From contig OX597817.1 in assembly GCA_951406725.2 (NCBI GenBank), positions 26,226,001 through 26,290,000 of the forward strand: a stretch of 64,000 nt of DNA. Direction: 5' to 3'. A model generated the notes under the pieces. That model saw nothing but the letters and a program-made list of their open reading frames with translations. It was not told where the DNA came from and did no database searches. Source of the stretch: Octopus vulgaris (taxonomy: Eukaryota). The position numbers were made by a program, and so were the translations under genes. Below, piece by piece: positions 38,724 through 52,117 of this stretch (its first letter is position 1; each line of letters begins with the position of its first letter).

Positions 38724-39219
38724 TTACTCTTTTACTCTTTTACTTGTTTCAATCATTTGACTGTGGCCAGGTTGGAGTATCTAGAGTGAAAGATTTTTCT
38801 CAAAGAAAACATTTCAATCTTTCAACACACCATACTTTCAATATTACTCTTACTCATACTTGTTTCAGTTATTTGACTGTGGCCATGCTGGAGCACCGCC
38901 TTTAGTTGAGCAAATCGACCACAGGACTTATTCTTTTGTAAGCCTAGAACTTATTCTATCAGTCTCTTTTGCTGAACTGCTAAGTTGTCAAGCGATGTTG
39001 TGGGGACAAACACAGACACATAAACATACATATATATATATATATACATATATACGAAGGGGTTCTTTCAGTTTCCGTCTACCAAATCCACTTACAAGGC
39101 TTTTGGTCGGCCCAAGGCTATAATAGAAGACACTTGCCCAAGGTGCCACGCAGTGGGAATGAACCCAGAACCATGTGGTTGGTAAGCAAGCTACTTACCA
39201 CACAGCCACTCTTGCACCT
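38724..39219 (-). mobile_element. SINE family B, inverted, with a rearranged tail
   Basis: Reverse-complement copy with an internal deletion; two tail ends (38724-38780 and about 38845-38900). Confidence 0.85.
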
Positions 39220-39551
39220 GTGTTTGATAGACAGATATTTTCTTAATAAACTTAAGATTGTGTTAGATCTCATATGTGACTTGAATCAAGGTCTTAAGGA
39301 AGATAATGCATAGAGAGAAAAAGGCATATAAAATGTTGAGAATATGTTGGTTGTTATCAAATCAACCATGAATTGAAGTTGTTTTATGTTCCAACTGAAT
39401 CTTGGAAAACACAAGAGAATGCTTGCTTTCCATCTTTTGTAGATTTGCTTCTCCAATCTTGGTGGTACCAATGGATCAGAATTCATTCAACTAAAGGTCA
39501 AACTAATCCAAATTGGTTACAAGAAAGTTGGAAGACCTACCTATAGTATAA

Positions 39552-39785
39552 AAGGTGGCGAGCTGGCAGAAACGTTAGCACGCCGGGCGAAATGCGTAAC
39601 CGTATTTCGTCTGTCGTTACGTTCCGAGTTCAAATTCCGCCGAGGTCGACTTTGTCTTTCATCCTTTCGGGGTCGATAAATTAAGTACCAGTTACGCACT
39701 GGGGTTGATGTAATCGACTTAATCCGTTTGTCTGTCCTTGTTTGTCCCCTCTGTGTTTAGCCCCTTGTGGGTAGTAAAGGAATAT
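39552..39785 (+). mobile_element. SINE family A, full length
   Basis: TSD tatagtataaaag. Confidence 0.92.
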
Positions 39786-40543
39786 ATAGTATAAAAGCTA
39801 ATGATGCACAAGAAAGAGCCTATGTAAATAATCATTAAAAGGTTAGAGTCCATCAATTAAAACGTGTGATATATGCTAAAGGTCTTTTCTCAACCGTTAT
39901 AGTGCATCTGGTATAAAGAAATTACATGTGGAGAAATTACATGGCAGACAATAATGAGTAGCTGTAAACCGTTTTTATGAGATTAGAAAATGGTTCATTA
40001 CAAGAACAATGCATTAAAATTTTTCCACAGATGCATGGTGGCTGATTCAAGCAGATAGAAAAAAAAAGCCTGGATGGAATTAGAAGATGAAAAAGCTCAG
40101 CATCAATTCAACAAATAACTCCCAAATATGCTTCTGCAAGCACATCTGTTAATCATGATAATGTTATCAATAGGTTAATATCACCAACTTCTCCATCTCC
40201 TGAAAAGGCACTTGTTTGGTGATCATGTGATTCTCTGTTTTAATGATTCTAACAGGTCATTTTCATCAATTTCTCCAATGACTACTGCTACTAATATTCC
40301 ATCTCCAGCATCTCCCATGCTACCAATAATACTATTAAATCATACTAAATCTCACAGTACCTTCATATAATAGTAAATTAGCCCAAAGAAGTTGCAGAGT
40401 CACAAAAGAAATTCACAAGCCACGAAAAAACATTAGGATCTTATACTAGAGCAGTCCTGATCAGTAAGGGAACCAGGGAAATTAGCCACCCTTTTGAGCC
40501 TATGACCATGGAAAGACTGTTGATTCTTTTATATATAGATATG

Positions 40544-40615
<72 letters not shown>

Positions 40616-40849
40616 TATTTGTGTGTGTGTGTATGTATCTATGTATGCATGTATGTATGTATATCTGTATGTGTATATATATATATGTATAGATGGATAG
40701 ATGCATACATACATACATGCATGCATAGAGGTGTTGGGGCAAAATTTGATAAAAATTGCAACAAAGACATAAACATCATCATACACACCAAGAAAACTTT
40801 AGTCTTTGACTAGTTTTGACCTCAATTAAGAAGACTGATCTTGAAGGCT

Positions 40850-41950
40850 CTTTGATAATGTGATGACAGCATTTAATAGTGATATTTGTGGCCCTTACAG
40901 GCCTGTTTATTCTAGACTTGTACACTAAGAAATTCCATTTAACTAGCTTTGGCCTCTATAGAAATGAGGCTTTGTTCCAATTAAGAGGTTGCACACTTTA
41001 TAGATTTAGGGAAAAATCTAACCCCTGCTCTCATTTCTCTTGAGCTCAAAGTCACAATAGTTGCCATTCTGAACTTAGTTATTTCCTGTATGTAGCATTA
41101 GACTTAGACACTGGTACCTATAAACCTATTTTTAAATTGAACAAGAGGATGACATATATTAATATAGGTTTATGCCATGTAGCCATAAATTTCAGGAACC
41201 TAATCAAGTGGGTTAGCAAAAGAATCTTCTGCTCTCCTTCGAATAAGATTTTCAACATCACAAGGCATACTACAACAAGGCTCTCTCAGCCAGTATTTTT
41301 AAGGATAAGATTAGGTGTATTCCTGATCCTAACCCCACCATGACAAATTAGTACATAATGTCATATGCTTTTATAACCCCATTTTCCCTGAATGCAAGGA
41401 CTTGTGTATGCAAGGTTTTGGTTTAGTTGCTAAGTGCTTCCCCCAAATCCATATATACAAGAAATTATTTAATAAACACACTTTGTAGATCTCTTTTAGC
41501 TGTGTTTCTAGCATAAAGAAATTATTACTCAGTAGCTCCAAGCTACTCATGCAGAGTTTCTATTACATGTCAGCTTAACTGTTATTACAATACAAAAACT
41601 ATAGAATATGAGATGGATGTATTATCAAAGGATTCCAAAGAAGTAAGTGGCATGCAAAAGTATATGAGTGTGACAGAAGGTCTCTTCGGGGCCAGGATCA
41701 ATACCTACAGACCTTCTTAAACATCAAAGCAAGGCGCAATGTTACATGTATAGTAAGGCATGCATTGGAACATCAAGTGGAAGACACTTGAAAATTGTTA
41801 ATTGTTAATTTCAATTTATCTACTGCAAGAGGTGCAAACTCTGCTTGGTTGAGGAGAGGATCATAAAAAACTATCTTACACTGGGTACTTAGCTAAACTG
41901 CAAGGGCGAGGTTTTCTGCTGAAGTCCTCATCAATCCAGATTTACTAACA
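40850..41950 (+). mobile_element. Second, more decayed Penelope-like relic
   Basis: Recognisable pieces: FLYVALDLDTGTYKPIFKLNKRMTYINI (about 41080-41165), FITPF..NAR, YKKLFNKHTL.ISFSC, RRCKLCLVEERI; these parallel the element at 29960-31500. Confidence 0.6.
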
Positions 41951-42603
41951 TACTGACCAAATAAACATTGGAGCACCCCAATCAATTTTTTTATTCACCA
42001 AAATCTGAGAATAAATACTAGAGTTACCAGACCCGTAGATAGAAAAATAGATATATACTTACTTTTAGTTTTACCTGCTTCAGGGGGCTGTGGCCATGCT
42101 GGTATACTTCCATTACTGCAAATGCTATTACATATATGTGTGTATGCTGGGTGGAGGAAATAAATTTCCTATCAATTATAATACTGATTTTGGCAATGTC
42201 TACGATGATGAACCTAACAGTTTTCTGTGAAGATAACATAAGTTTTTTATGAAGATGAATATAACAGGTTTCTCTAGGATGAATAGATCTGTTGAACACC
42301 ATCTCTATAATTTATCGTTACTATTAACCATCTCATCTATAGAGACCTAAACTTTTAAAATGAAAATCAAGTTCCTATTATTTTTTCTGGTTTCAAATAT
42401 TCTTTATAAATTCATAATCATTATTAACTCATCAGTGACTGAACTAGATTTATAAAAGTATTGAAACAAAAAACCAAAATGTAAAAAAAAATATCTGGAA
42501 GCATGTAGTAATTGATAAACACTCATGGTAATTTAAAAGAAATGATAAATAGGATAGTTTTGTAACAAGATGCTAAGAAAGGAAATTCAAGAACTAGTTT
42601 ATA

Positions 42604-43010
42604 TACTCTTTTACTCTTTTACTTGTTTCAGTCATTTGACTGTGGCTATGCTGGAGCACCACCTTTAATCGAGCAACTCAACCCCGGGACTTATTCTTTG
42701 TAAGCCCAGTACTTATTCTATCGGTCTCTTTTGCCGAACCACTAAGTGACGGGGGCATAAACACACCAGCATCGGTTGTCAAGCAATGCTAGGGACACAC
42801 ACACAGACACACAAACACACACGCACATAATATATATACATATATACGACGGGCTTCTTTCAGTTTCTGTCTACCAAATCCACTCACAAGGCATTGGTCG
42901 GCCCGAGGCTATAGTAGAAGACACTTGCCCAAGGTGCCACGCAGTGGGACTGAACCCGGAACCATGTGGTTGTTCAGCAAGGTACTTACCACACAGCCAC
43001 TCCTGCACCT
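42604..43010 (-). mobile_element. SINE family B
   Basis: Full-length reverse-complement copy. Confidence 0.9.
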
Positions 43011-43124
43011 ATATATATGAATTCTTTTATTCTATCTTCAATCGTGAGAACTTAATTGTAAAATAATTTAATAATAGTCACATGCACCTCCGACACTCAC
43101 ACACAAACACACATAGATGAATAT

Positions 43125-43582
43125 ATATTTCTTTATTGCCCACAAGGGGCTAAACATGGAGGGGACAAACAAGGACAGACAAATGGATTAACCCTTTAGC
43201 ATTTAAACCGGCCATATCCGGCCAAAAATATTCTACCTGTTTTATGTTCAAACTGGCCAGATCTGGTCTCTCACACCAACCCTACAATATCGTTTTAAAA
43301 ATTAACAGCTACCTCATCAAAATCTCATAGCTACAAGATAATGCCTGATTAGTTCAAAACAATGTGGATAAAAAAGATTAATTTTGGCAGAATAATGCGA
43401 ACACTAAAGGGTTAAGTCGATTACATCGAAACCCCCCCCCCAGTGCGAAACTGCTACTTTATTTATCGACCCCGAAAGGATGAAAGGCAAAGTCGACCTC
43501 GGCGCAATTTGAACTCAGAACGTAACGACAGACGAAATACCGCTAAGCATTTTGCGCAACGAGTCTGCCAGCACGCCGCCTT
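43125..43582 (-). mobile_element. SINE family A interrupted by a piggyBac-like MITE
   Basis: TSD acatagatgaatatata; the SINE resumes exactly after the duplicated TTAA. Confidence 0.9.
43192..43411. mobile_element. piggyBac-like MITE (220 bp)
   Basis: TTAA TSD on both sides; TIR ccctttag/ctaaaggg; second copy at 63399-63618. Confidence 0.88.
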
Positions 43583-44312
43583 TACATAGATGAATATATA
43601 TGTATGTATGTAAATGAATGTTAAATATGACTAGATATTCTAAGACTCTTGTAACTGACCATTAATAAAAACGAAGAAATAATAGTATTAACCTTTTATT
43701 AATGATTATAAGAAAGCTACTAATAAATATTATGATGATTACAATTGTGAAATCAAGCAAATATCTAATCTAACTGAACAACTACAGTATAGTATAGTAG
43801 AAAAAGCAAGCAACAACAATAACAACAGGAAAACATGCAAAAATGTATATATTTAGTGCAGAATAAGGCTGGACTCTAACAATAGTCTAAATATGTAATT
43901 ATACACAAAATCCAATAAAATCCTTGAATGATTTCTTTGAGATATGAAAATCAGATCCATGTATTCTGACTTATAAATAGCTAAATTATATTTTGCATGC
44001 TCTGCTAATAAACATTATGGCTTTATTTGCACTGTTGCTAAACTGGGATTTTGATTTGTATATATGCATGCTTTCGTACATGTTAGCCAATAACGTGCCA
44101 CTTTATATAAAAACTGATGTTTTATGTGCTGTAGTCTGTCACACATCAATAGGCTTACAGTAGAGAGGACCAACTTGTACATGCAGATTTAGATCATATA
44201 CGGATCTCGTTTTGGGTTTGTAATCATTGTTTAGATAGAATGCTTTATTTGCTCTAAAAGTGTTGTTATTGTGATGTTTTAGCCCCAGGTCAACATGGAT
44301 CAAGCAAAACTA

Positions 44313-44611
44313 TGTTCCTTCTCGAGCCATACCTGGCTCATAAGGGCCGGTTTCCCGGTTTCTTTGGCATATAGGTTCCCCACCTGGACGGGATGCCGGT
44401 CTGTCACAGGTGAGCTGCAAGATGCAGGAGGAAAGAGTGAGAGAAAGTTGTGGCGAAAGAGTCAGCAGAAGTTCGCCATTACCTTCTGCCGGAGCTGTGT
44501 GGAGCTTAGGTTTTTCACTCATAAACACACACATCGCCCGGTCTGAAATTCGAACCTGTGATCTCTCGACAGTGAGTCCGCTTCTCTAACCACTGGGCCA
44601 TGTGCCTCCAC
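44313..44611 (-). mobile_element. SINE family C head with a V-domain-like tail (type 2 variant)
   Basis: Family C head plus gtgacagaccggcatcccgtccaggtgggg...gaaaccgggaaaccggcccttatgagcc on the - strand. Confidence 0.85.
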
Positions 44612-44894
44612 AAGCAAAACTATGGCCTATGACCAAAAGCATTTCAGCTAAGACCATTACATATTTTAGGGGCACTGAAATCACTATTACGTAAGCCTAC
44701 AATGTGTCTTTCCTTGAAGTGTGAAGCACTGAAGTCAGTTTAAGTGACTGTAATATTTTCAAGTAAGTTACAATGGTTAAGAATTGTAGATGAACATTTT
44801 AAGTGTTGGTTGTACATTAATGGCAGATAAAGGTGTAAAGCCCAATGGCCACAAAAGTCCTATGAGGATAGAGATCTTCATGTATCATCAACTT

Positions 44895-45320
44895 CATCAT
44901 CATCTCTATTATCATCGTTTAATGTCCACTTTCTATAATAGCAAATGTTGGACAGTTTGACTGAAAACTGGGGGGGCCTGCACCAGGCTCCAATCTGATT
45001 TAGCAAGATTTCTACAGCTGTATGCCCTTCCTAATGTCAACCACTCTGAGAGTATAGTGGGTGCTTTTTGTGTGCCACCAGCGTGGGTGCCATTGGCTTG
45101 TCACCAGCATCGGCCATGTCTACAGTTTCACTTGGCTTGACAGGTCAACACAAGTACGGTATATCGCCAAGGGTCATGGTCACTTGTCCCTGTCTCCATG
45201 AGGCCTAATGCTTGAATGGTGCTTCTTACATGCCACCAGCTTTGGTGTTGGTCAGACAGCACTGGCATTGGCCCCGACTACGATTTCACTTGGTTCAACA
45301 GTTCAGTACCACTACATGGT
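44895..45320 (-). mobile_element. Family D LINE 3' UTR remnant
   Basis: Conserved terminus plus internal repeats. Confidence 0.7.
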
Positions 45321-46904
45321 GCCTATGTATGTATGTATGGATTGATGGATGGATGGATAGATGGATGGATGAATGTATGTACACTACATCAGTCCTGGAT
45401 CCTGAGAGCTGAAGTGGGTACTGTAGCTATCTGCTGATGCCCTCCTTAACAAAGAAAATAACCTTACAGCCTGTTTGAATGTTATAGAAACTCTTCCTTC
45501 AAGGAGCCACTTAGCAATCATGTAGTGTCTTGCCAATTTTTTCTTGTAGGTGCTGCATATATCACATTCATTGTCTTTTTTTGTTTTTTGTATTGGTCTT
45601 TTCTTTTTTAAATATTTAATTGCTCTTCCAGTTCATGCCACGCATACAATTCAACTTGCCAACTGTATTTAACTTTCATACAGCTTAAGTTTTTGAAAAA
45701 TATAACATTTTTATCGGAGTGGTTTTTTTCATAGTTATTTTTTATTGATTTTATTTTGAAGGAACAAGTTGTAACTATGACATTCTAAAAAGCCCTCACC
45801 CCGACCCCGACCCCGACAATTGATATTGATGCCAATGATGTCATTGTTGTTACAAGTTCAACAACAGTAGGGAAACCTTGTGCAGCAAAGGATTTTCAAG
45901 GAATAAACATTCCAGAGAAAACATATTGGGAATAGTGATTAATGATAGCAACTGTGAGAAGTAAAATGTAAATAAACAGAGAAGGAGGAGTAAGAGAGTA
46001 ACTGAGTAAAGGATAAAAGCTCAGTCAATATTGAGTACTGGTCTTGTCATAGATCGTGGCTCAGAGAGAGCTCGATCAACATATGCTGCAATAATGTATT
46101 ATAATAGGAAATTTCCAATCCAAGAAATGAGACTGTTATAAAATCCATAGGGAAGTTTTAATAATTTTAATAGTTTTAAAGGGAAAAAATTTGACAATTC
46201 AGTCAGTTGCCCACTGACACTCATTGACGCTACATCGAAGAAGCCAGGGAACAGAAGAAAGAAGACATGCACCCAACACCAGAGCTGAAGACACCTCCGA
46301 AAGGGGGTGGGGCTCTGCTACGTCAAAACGGTAGAGGAGTAGGGGCTGAAACCGGACGTGGTTCCTCCTGATGATGTCTTGAGCTAACTGGATCCTATAA
46401 GATAGCTGTTGTGGTAGCAGACCACAAAACACAGTTGTAATTCCTTCACATATCAGACACAATTGAAAACACTGTTGATGTTGAGTGCAATAATTTTGTT
46501 TTCAGGAACTTTTGCATGAGCAAGTGCCTGGTGTGCAACATAGGAGAGTACATATATGTTTAAGAAAACCATATCAATGCTCATTAAAGTGATAGGAAGG
46601 AAGGGAGGAAATGTCTAGCATATAGAGAAAATTGTTTTCCATGATTTATTCCATAACATTTGAGATGTTGAAAGTAAGTGCAATAAAGCTGGGTTCAAGG
46701 ATTACTCTTCCTGGGGAACAGGATGCATTATAGCCTGTTCCCCAAAATTATAGTTTATCTTGTGGAGACAAAGAGATTGAAGAATTTGTTGGGGAAAGGA
46801 GTGAGTTCTAGAGCATCTTGTTTTGGAAAGAACATTGTCAGAAACATTGTCAATGGTTTTGATTTAATGTGACCAGTAATTTCAGACTTGGTACATATGA
46901 ATAT

Positions 46905-47160
46905 GTGGAGGCACATGGCTTAGTGGTTAGGGTGTCAGCACCATGATCGTAAGATTGTGGTTTCAACTTTTGGACTGGGCAACGTGTTGTGTTCTTGAGC
47001 AAAACACTTCATTTCACGTTGCTCCAGTCCACTCAGCTGGCAAGAATGAGTAACGCTGTGATGGACTGGCGTCCCGTCCTGCTGGGTAACACATACACCA
47101 TTGAACCCGGGAAACTGGACCCATGAGCCTGGCTAGGCTTTAAAAGGGCACATTTATTTT
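46905..47160 (+). mobile_element. tRNA-derived SINE with a different head and a V-domain-like tail
   Basis: gtggaggcacatggcttagtggttaggg...gtgttcttgagcaaaacactt...gtgatggactggcgtcccgtcc...cccatgagcctggctaggctt. Confidence 0.8.
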
Positions 47161-48426
47161 TATTTTATATTTGAGTATGCTGTGTTGGTATGGGGAAGAT
47201 TTGCCTCATGTTATTAGAGTTGACGGCAAAGTTAGCAGCAAGAAATTCTTCATGGAAGTTCTCTGCATGCAGAATCATCATTATTGAAAAGTGGGAAAGA
47301 GAAGGGTTTGACAAAGTTGATACAGATCTTTTTGATACGGAACCAAAAAAAAGAACCAGCTACAATTTTGAATGTACGATTACTTGTAGGCTGTGTACAA
47401 GTGTACAAACAAATCACCTTTCTCATTACACTTACATTAAAGAGATTAAAATTAATGTCTTTAAGTGGAATGAAAGTTTAACTTCTAACACTTGTCATAG
47501 TTGTATCTCTGTTAATTAGAAATTAATATATGGCTGGTTGTTGTAAAACTGTCATATATATGTATTTCAGTAAATATTTCTTTTTATTACAGTCTACTTG
47601 GACGAAACAAGCTTGAAATCTTTTACAATATGACATGATGGAACATCCAGTTCTCAAAATATTTCATACAAATTTAATGTTAAATTCGGAGAAATATGCA
47701 GACGATTAGTATTCATTAAATATATATATTCATTGAACAAGAGATTGAAGAGTAAATATTAGCCCAAACCTGAAGAATAAATGTGTTTCTTTAATTTTAA
47801 ATTCCATAAACACTGCAACTGTACTGTAGAACACTACTTCGATTTTAATGTCTTATTTTCATTATCTTCAGTATTTTGGTCAATATTGCAGAATTTGGCC
47901 GTAGCAATTCAATACGTCTCCATTATCGTTGGTATCATTCCAATCAGATACAGATTTGTTGGTTTGTTTCAAAAGCTTTGCATATTCATTTTTCACCCCC
48001 CTCCCCTCCACCCACACCTTTTACCTTTTAGTTTGATTTTTTGATTTTAATATTCCCTAAGGAAATTACACACCCCCTTACACTACCTTACATACTTTCT
48101 CTTCTTTCAGGCTACTTAGCATCATGTGGCAGAACTCTGGAGAAAATCCAAATTTGGACACTCATTTATGCTAAGTAGACTTCTGATTATTTAACAGCCA
48201 TAAACAAAGAATCTGCTGTAAACTTTCTTCTTTATCAGAACAAATATTGCAATTTTGGCTCAATTTTGGTTAAATTTTTGGCTGAGAACCTGACTTGAGA
48301 CAACTTAGCACTTTGCTGTTATTACAATTTCTACTTCTACAGGTACATATTTAAGTTCACTAAAATAGCAATTATGTATGTATGTGTGTATGTATATATG
48401 TGTGTGTGTGTATATATATATATATA

Positions 48427-48574
48427 CTTTATTTAAAAGCAGCAGAAATTCAACAAAACTCCGAGTAACAGGTTTTGTTGAATTTCTGCTGCTTTTAAAT
48501 AAAGCATATTACTCTACCCCTGGTATTTGAGTACTCTTTTTTCCAACTTGTTTCACATTTATGTGTTTACTCCA

Positions 48575-48575
<1 letters not shown>
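48427..48575. repeat. Perfect 33-bp inverted repeat in a short element embedded in a (TA)n microsatellite
   Basis: Arms 48427-48459 and 48472-48504 are exact reverse complements with a 12-nt loop. Confidence 0.85.
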
Positions 48576-48655
<80 letters not shown>

Positions 48656-48670
48656 GAGATATAAATATAC

Positions 48671-48706
<36 letters not shown>

Positions 48707-48767
48707 GTATGAGGGAGGTGTATGTGTGTGTGCATATATATGTTTGTATATATGTTTGTATGTGTGT

Positions 48768-48799
<32 letters not shown>

Positions 48800-48807
<8 letters not shown>

Positions 48808-49010
48808 GGATAAGTACCATCACAAGGAAGCATACACATACATGTATAAAACAGGTTTCCACACAATTTCTTTCTACAAAATTCCCTCATAAGGTATACA
48901 AGGCATTGTTCAGTTTAGAGCTATGGTAGAAGTCACTTGTTCAACGTGTTATACTGGGACTGAAACGGAAACCACATGGTTGACATGTAAGCTTCTTAAC
49001 CATACCACAA
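48800..49010 (-). mobile_element. Old degenerate family B-like SINE
   Basis: tttctttctacaaaattccctcataagg...gctatggtagaagtcacttg...gggactgaaacggaaaccacatggtt. Confidence 0.55.
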
Positions 49011-49074
49011 CGTCTATATATGTGAGTGCATGTGTGCATGTATAGGTCTACGTATATGCATAAATATATATATA

Positions 49075-50160
49075 AACTGAACCACAAAGAACTGTCACAA
49101 ACATGCTAAATAGAAACCAGTTCATAAAGACTGCCATAGCATTGATTAAAGGGTTTTAATTAAGAAACTATTTTTACCTAATGATAAAACATAATTTCCT
49201 GAAACATGTTTGATGTCACATGGTGTCACATGATGACAGAGTGTCCTGGATCTAAGGAGATGAACTCAATATTCTATGTGACCACCACCAGGCTTCTTCT
49301 GTTCATTAAATGCACCAAATGATTAATGAAGACCATGTGGATAGCAGCCCACAATCTGTTAAAACTTGCAGAGAGTTGCGCCGCAGTTGTTGGCCTTGGA
49401 CAGATGTTATTTAGCCTTCTTCGGATTTCGTCCCACAGGTGCTCTATGGCATTCAAGTTCGGACTTAGGGTAGGCCATGGCAATGTCAGGATGCTGTGCT
49501 GTTGGACGAAGTCTGTTGTCAACCAGGCAGTATGGACACGGGCATTGTCATGTTGGAACACATGATTCCTATGATGGGCAAAGTATAACACAATGTGAGG
49601 CCTCAACACTCAGTTGATGTAGCAAGCAGTGGTTACTCCATAGCTCCGGCCTTGGTCGATGTTTTAGATGACCACCAGTCCAACATCTTGGTTGAATGCA
49701 ATCCTGCCCCATACCATGATGCTCTGTCCTTCCCATGAGTCTGTCTCCACCATGCAGCCATTGGCATGACATTCACCCCTTCTTCTCCAAACCCTAGCTC
49801 TGCCTTCAGAGAAGACTACAGTCCTCCACTGTTAATATCGACAGATCTGACACTTTGAAATAACTACAGATGTGCCTATCGATGATGATCGGTGAAGATA
49901 GGACTCCTAGCTGGACGTCAACAAGACAGATCAAAAGATCTCAGCCAGCGACAAACTGTCTCTGCACAAATGGGTCTGTGATGAATCCCTATGGTCTGCC
50001 TAGCTGATTCTGTTGCCTTCCTGAATTGGTCCTGCAAGTGCTGTACAGGTGACAATCTTAATGTGCTGTTGTAACCCTCAGTCGGCCACTGCATGGACAA
50101 TCATCTGTGTTGTTTGTGGCAATGTACCATTCCCTCAGCCGCTCAATTGTCAGAATACTT
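49075..50160 (-). mobile_element. Tc1-family transposase relic
   Basis: ORF 49274-49609 has FQHDNARVHTA...WPTLSPNLNAIEHLWDEI (DD34E motifs); the upstream ORF 49918-50100 resembles the HTH region. Confidence 0.85.
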
Positions 50161-50679
50161 CTTACCACATACACACACACATACAAATACATGTGCAATG
50201 TATGTAAAATCTGTATTAAAATTAGCATACATGTAGATTACTGTAATTATAAAAGAAAATCTGTTTAAAAATGAAATGTAATATAAATACAATAAAAGTA
50301 GTTAGATATATGGATATATAACGAAGATTTTGAAAGGTAAAAAATGCAAATTTAGATTTTCTGAGTAATAACCGCATTGTTGATTGATCAATAAGGTACA
50401 TGGTAGAGGAAGCATGGACACATAGTGAAACAATGCTTAAGAACACACCCTTTATTTCTCTTAAAAATTAAGTCTCTGCTTGTAACATCAGATGTTAATG
50501 CTGTATCAATTCATGATAGAAGTGAGTTTATGGGAGTTCTGTGTACGTGTCATCTCACCATTTATCATAAAAGGTAGCTGAAAAGGAATTTGTTTGTCAA
50601 CAACTTTTGAAGTGTGAAATACCTGTCTGGTGGAGTATTAGCTCCTTGAAATTACAGATTAGACAATTCTCATACTTCA

Positions 50680-50927
50680 TCATCATTATCATCAGTGTTC
50701 GACCGTGGTTGAGACAATGGAATTTACCATGCTACGCCAGACTTCACGGTCCATCATGGCATTACGGAGGTCCTGTTGCTGGATGCCTGTATCCCTGGAG
50801 ATTACATTAGGGTAGGAGAGTGTGCGCCCTCTGGCATTGCGAGTAGATGGCTTCCAGAGGAGGAGAGTAGAAATTACCTCTTTTTCAGCTCTACAACAAT
50901 GTCCAGCAAACTGGACTCTCCTACCTT
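50680..50927 (-). mobile_element. 5'-truncated RTE-like LINE 3' end with (ATG)n tail
   Basis: RRVQFAGHCCRAEKEVISTLLLWKP...GRTLSYP...MMDREVWR; TSD tcatacttca; same family as 58587-59051. Confidence 0.88.
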
Positions 50928-52117
50928 TCATACTTCAGGTGCTACTCTAACCAATGAAGTCATAAATAAGAATTGACTCTAATGATTAAAGGATAATTTT
51001 AAAGAAAATTATAATGAACTTATCCAGTTTGGAGGCTAATTTAGACTTCTGAAGCCAGATGTAATGTTCTTTTCAGTTTGCAGGGTAGAAAATCAGTTAC
51101 TACAATAAAACAGAGTGACCAGCAATTACCAAAGAGCAGGCTAAGAAATGGTATTACATACTGTCCAAGAGATAAAATGACAATATATCTACATTACAAC
51201 CAAATTCATACTAAGTGTGTAAGTAGCAATTCTTTCTGAGTATCTATTTTGAGCAGGGATGTTTACTAAGAGAATTACCTAGCTTTGGTCGTACATGCTA
51301 CACATCCCTTTATTACCTTAAAAATATTTATCTTTGAAATGGATTTTCCAGATTTCATATGAATGTGGAGAGAGAACTGACTGTACTTTTGATGTGGTTT
51401 TGAAAGAATGTAAGTGTGGTTTAAATGGTAGCTTAAATGTATTGCCAGTCCACTAAATGTCATAGAATACTTATGATCTTGTACATTACATTTGTGTTTT
51501 ATGTATTTGACAAAGCATTTGGAATTTCAGGGACAAGTATCTGATTGACTTAGAGCTACTTTGGTTTAGGTTGCTAGACTGAAAAAAGCCTAGATATGGG
51601 CAACATTAGGAGTGACAGAATAACAAATAAATTTAGAGTTGATTTTTCTTAAAGATACTTCAAAGCTTACATTGCAAAGAATATGGTTTCTTAAGTAAAA
51701 ACAAAGTTAGCTGTAGGAGTATTTACATTTAAGTTGAATAGTGGATTATACTAAATATTGTATTTTTTCTGTTTCTTTTTGTGGTTATGCATATAATTTC
51801 TCCAGTATATGATAAATTCTAATTAAGGACATTTCTAGTTAGGATGACATTGTAATGTTTTGAATAATCACTAAATATTTGTTTGCTCAATGAAAGTTTA
51901 AACAATTTAACTGAAGTATTTTTTAATAAATTATTATTAATATGCTTTTGGCAGTCGGAGCGTTTCTATATATATATATAGTTTGCAATTCGAGGTGTTC
52001 AAGTGCAAAACTTGGTTAGAGTTTCATCTAAAATATCTGTCGACGTAAAATTTCTTTTATTAATGGTGATTAGAAGTTGATAATATTTGAGGAAGAGATG
52101 CACGCTTTTGTCTGTCA

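Noticed and set aside
46712-46744. 11-bp perfect hairpin tggggaacagg / cctgttcccca
   Set aside because: Short and without context; plausibly chance or part of a decayed element.
48090-48180. Strong acceptor ttcttctttcag suggesting a coding exon
   Set aside because: All three frames hit a stop within about 70 nt and there is no convincing donor; unsupported.
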